DNA of 64,000 bases from Heterodontus francisci (lineage: Eukaryota). Positions 62,370 to 64,000 of this stretch are shown one piece after another (the first letter of the stretch is position 1; each line of letters begins with the position of its first letter). The notes beneath the pieces are model-generated. The model worked only from the letters and a program-made list of their open reading frames with translations, ran no database searches and was not told where the DNA came from. The position numbers were made by a program, and so were the translations under genes. The stretch covers positions 51,399,095-51,463,094 of the forward strand of contig NC_090403.1 in assembly GCF_036365525.1 (NCBI RefSeq). Direction: 5' to 3'.

Positions 62370-63548
62370 ATTTCCAGAAGACATTTGATAAGGTGCCACA
62401 TCAAAGCTTATTGCGGAAAGTAAAGGCTCAGGGTGTAGGGGGTAACACTTTGGCATGGATAGAAGATTGGCTAGCTAACAGAGTGTAGGCATAAATGGGT
62501 CATTTCTGATTGGCAAGATGTAATGAGTGGTGTGCCACAGGGATCAGTACTGGGGCCTCAACTTTTTACAATTTATATCAATGACTCGGATAAAGGGACC
62601 GAAGGTATAGTTGCTAAAGATGCTGATGATACAAAGATAGGTAGGAAAGTATGTTGTGAAGAGGACATAAGGAGGCTACAAAGGGATACAGATAGGTTAA
62701 GTGAGTGGGCAAAGATCTGGCAAATAGAGTATAAAGTGGGAAAATGTGAAATTGTCCATTTTGGCAGGAAGAATAAAAAAGAATAGTATCTAAATGGTGA
62801 GAGATTGCAGTGCTCTGAGATGCAGAGGGATCTGGGTGTCCTAGTGTTTGAATCGCAAAAGGTTAATATGCAGGTTCAGCAAGTAATTAGGAAAGCTAAT
62901 AGAATGTTATCATTTATTGCGAGGGGAATTGAATACAAAAGTAGGGAAGTTATGCTTCAGCTACACAGGGCATTGATGAGACCACATCTGGAGTATTGTG
63001 TACAGTATTGGTCTCCTTATTTAAGGAAGGATGTAAATGTGTTGGAAGTAGTTCAGAGAAGGTTTACTAGACTAATACCTGGAACGGACAGGCTGTCTTA
63101 CGAGGGAAGTTTGGACAGGCTAGGCTTGTATCCGCTGGAGTTTAGAAGAGTAAGAAGCGACTTGATTGAAATATCTAAGATTCTGAAGGGTCTTGACAGG
63201 GTGGATGTGGAAAGGATGTTCCCTCTTGTGGGAGAATCCGGAACTAGGGGTCACTGTTTAAAAATAAGGGGTCACCCATTAAAGACAGGGATGAGGAGAA
63301 ATTTTTTCTCTGAGGGTCGTGAGTCTTTGGAACTCTCTTCCTCAAAAGGCGATGGAAGCAGAGTCTTTGAATATTTTTAAGGCAGCTGTTGATAGATCCT
63401 TGATAAGCAATGGGGTGAAAGGTTATCGGGGGTAGATGGAAATGTGGAGTTGAGGTTACAATCTGATCAGCCATGATCTTATTGAATGGCGGAGCAGGCT
63501 CGAGGGGCCGAGCAGCCTACTCCTGCTCCTAATTTGTATGTTCATATG
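62370..63548 (+). mobile_element. CR1 3' fragment (RT to tail)
   Basis: DFQKTFDKVPH, GVPQGSVLGP, ADDTK, HLEYCVQYWSP, tail. Confidence 0.92.
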
Positions 63549-63549
63549 C

Positions 63550-63930
63550 TCCTTTATATCACTTTTCATGACCTCAGGATGTGCCAAAGTGCTTTACAGT
63601 GAATGAAGTGCTTTTTGAACTGTAATCACCGTTGTAATGCAGAAAACGAGGCATCCATTTTACACACAGCAAGCTCTCACAGGGACATGATAATGACCAG
63701 ATAATCTATTTTAGTAACATTGCCTGATTGATAAATATTGTCCAGGTCACTGGGGAGAAACCCCTGCTCTTTGAAATAGTGCCACGGGATCTTTTAATTC
63801 CACCTCAGAGGAGAGATAAGGCTTTGGCTTAGCAAAAGGTTGCACCTCTGACAGTGCAGCACTCCCTCAGTACTGCATTGAAGTGTTAGCCTAGATTAGT
63901 GTCTCTGGAGTGGGACTTGGACCCCTGACC
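63550..63930 (-). mobile_element. Deu-domain SINE
   Basis: Reverse-complement core gatcccgtggcactatttcaaagagcagggg. Confidence 0.8.
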
Positions 63931-64000
63931 TTTCTTGTGTAACAGTAAAAAAAAAATAACGTTAAATTAATCCTAACTTCCCAATGGATCAGTGGGTAAA

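Overview
Repeat-dense vertebrate genomic DNA, most likely a shark or other cartilaginous fish (inferred from the mix of HER1-type CR1 LINEs, Deu-domain SINEs, a V-SINE and Penelope-derived hairpins). One host gene can be reconstructed on the minus strand: CISD3 (MiNT, two CDGSH [2Fe-2S] motifs), with four phase-0 coding exons at 59901-59851, 38323-38288, 31849-31718 and 18096-17908 (135 aa over about 42 kb). The last two exons are secure; the first two are inferred from splice signals and frame. Intron 1 holds an apparently intact full-length CR1 LINE (ORF1 zinc finger/coiled coil/SGNH esterase; ORF2 APE+RT) whose 5' UTR is about four identical-looking 217-bp monomers. Best observations: (1) two divergent CR1 families keep a correctly phased U_UUA_AAC slippery heptamer at the ORF1 stop with ORF2 open in the -1 frame, suggesting programmed -1 frameshifting; (2) a CR1 fragment with clustered A-to-G changes, many in TAG context, suggesting ADAR hyper-editing fixed in DNA; (3) the monomer-array 5' UTR; (4) a Penelope-type hairpin insertion with a hammerhead-like remnant. 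All analysis was by eye; repeat boundaries without TSDs or TIRs are approximate.
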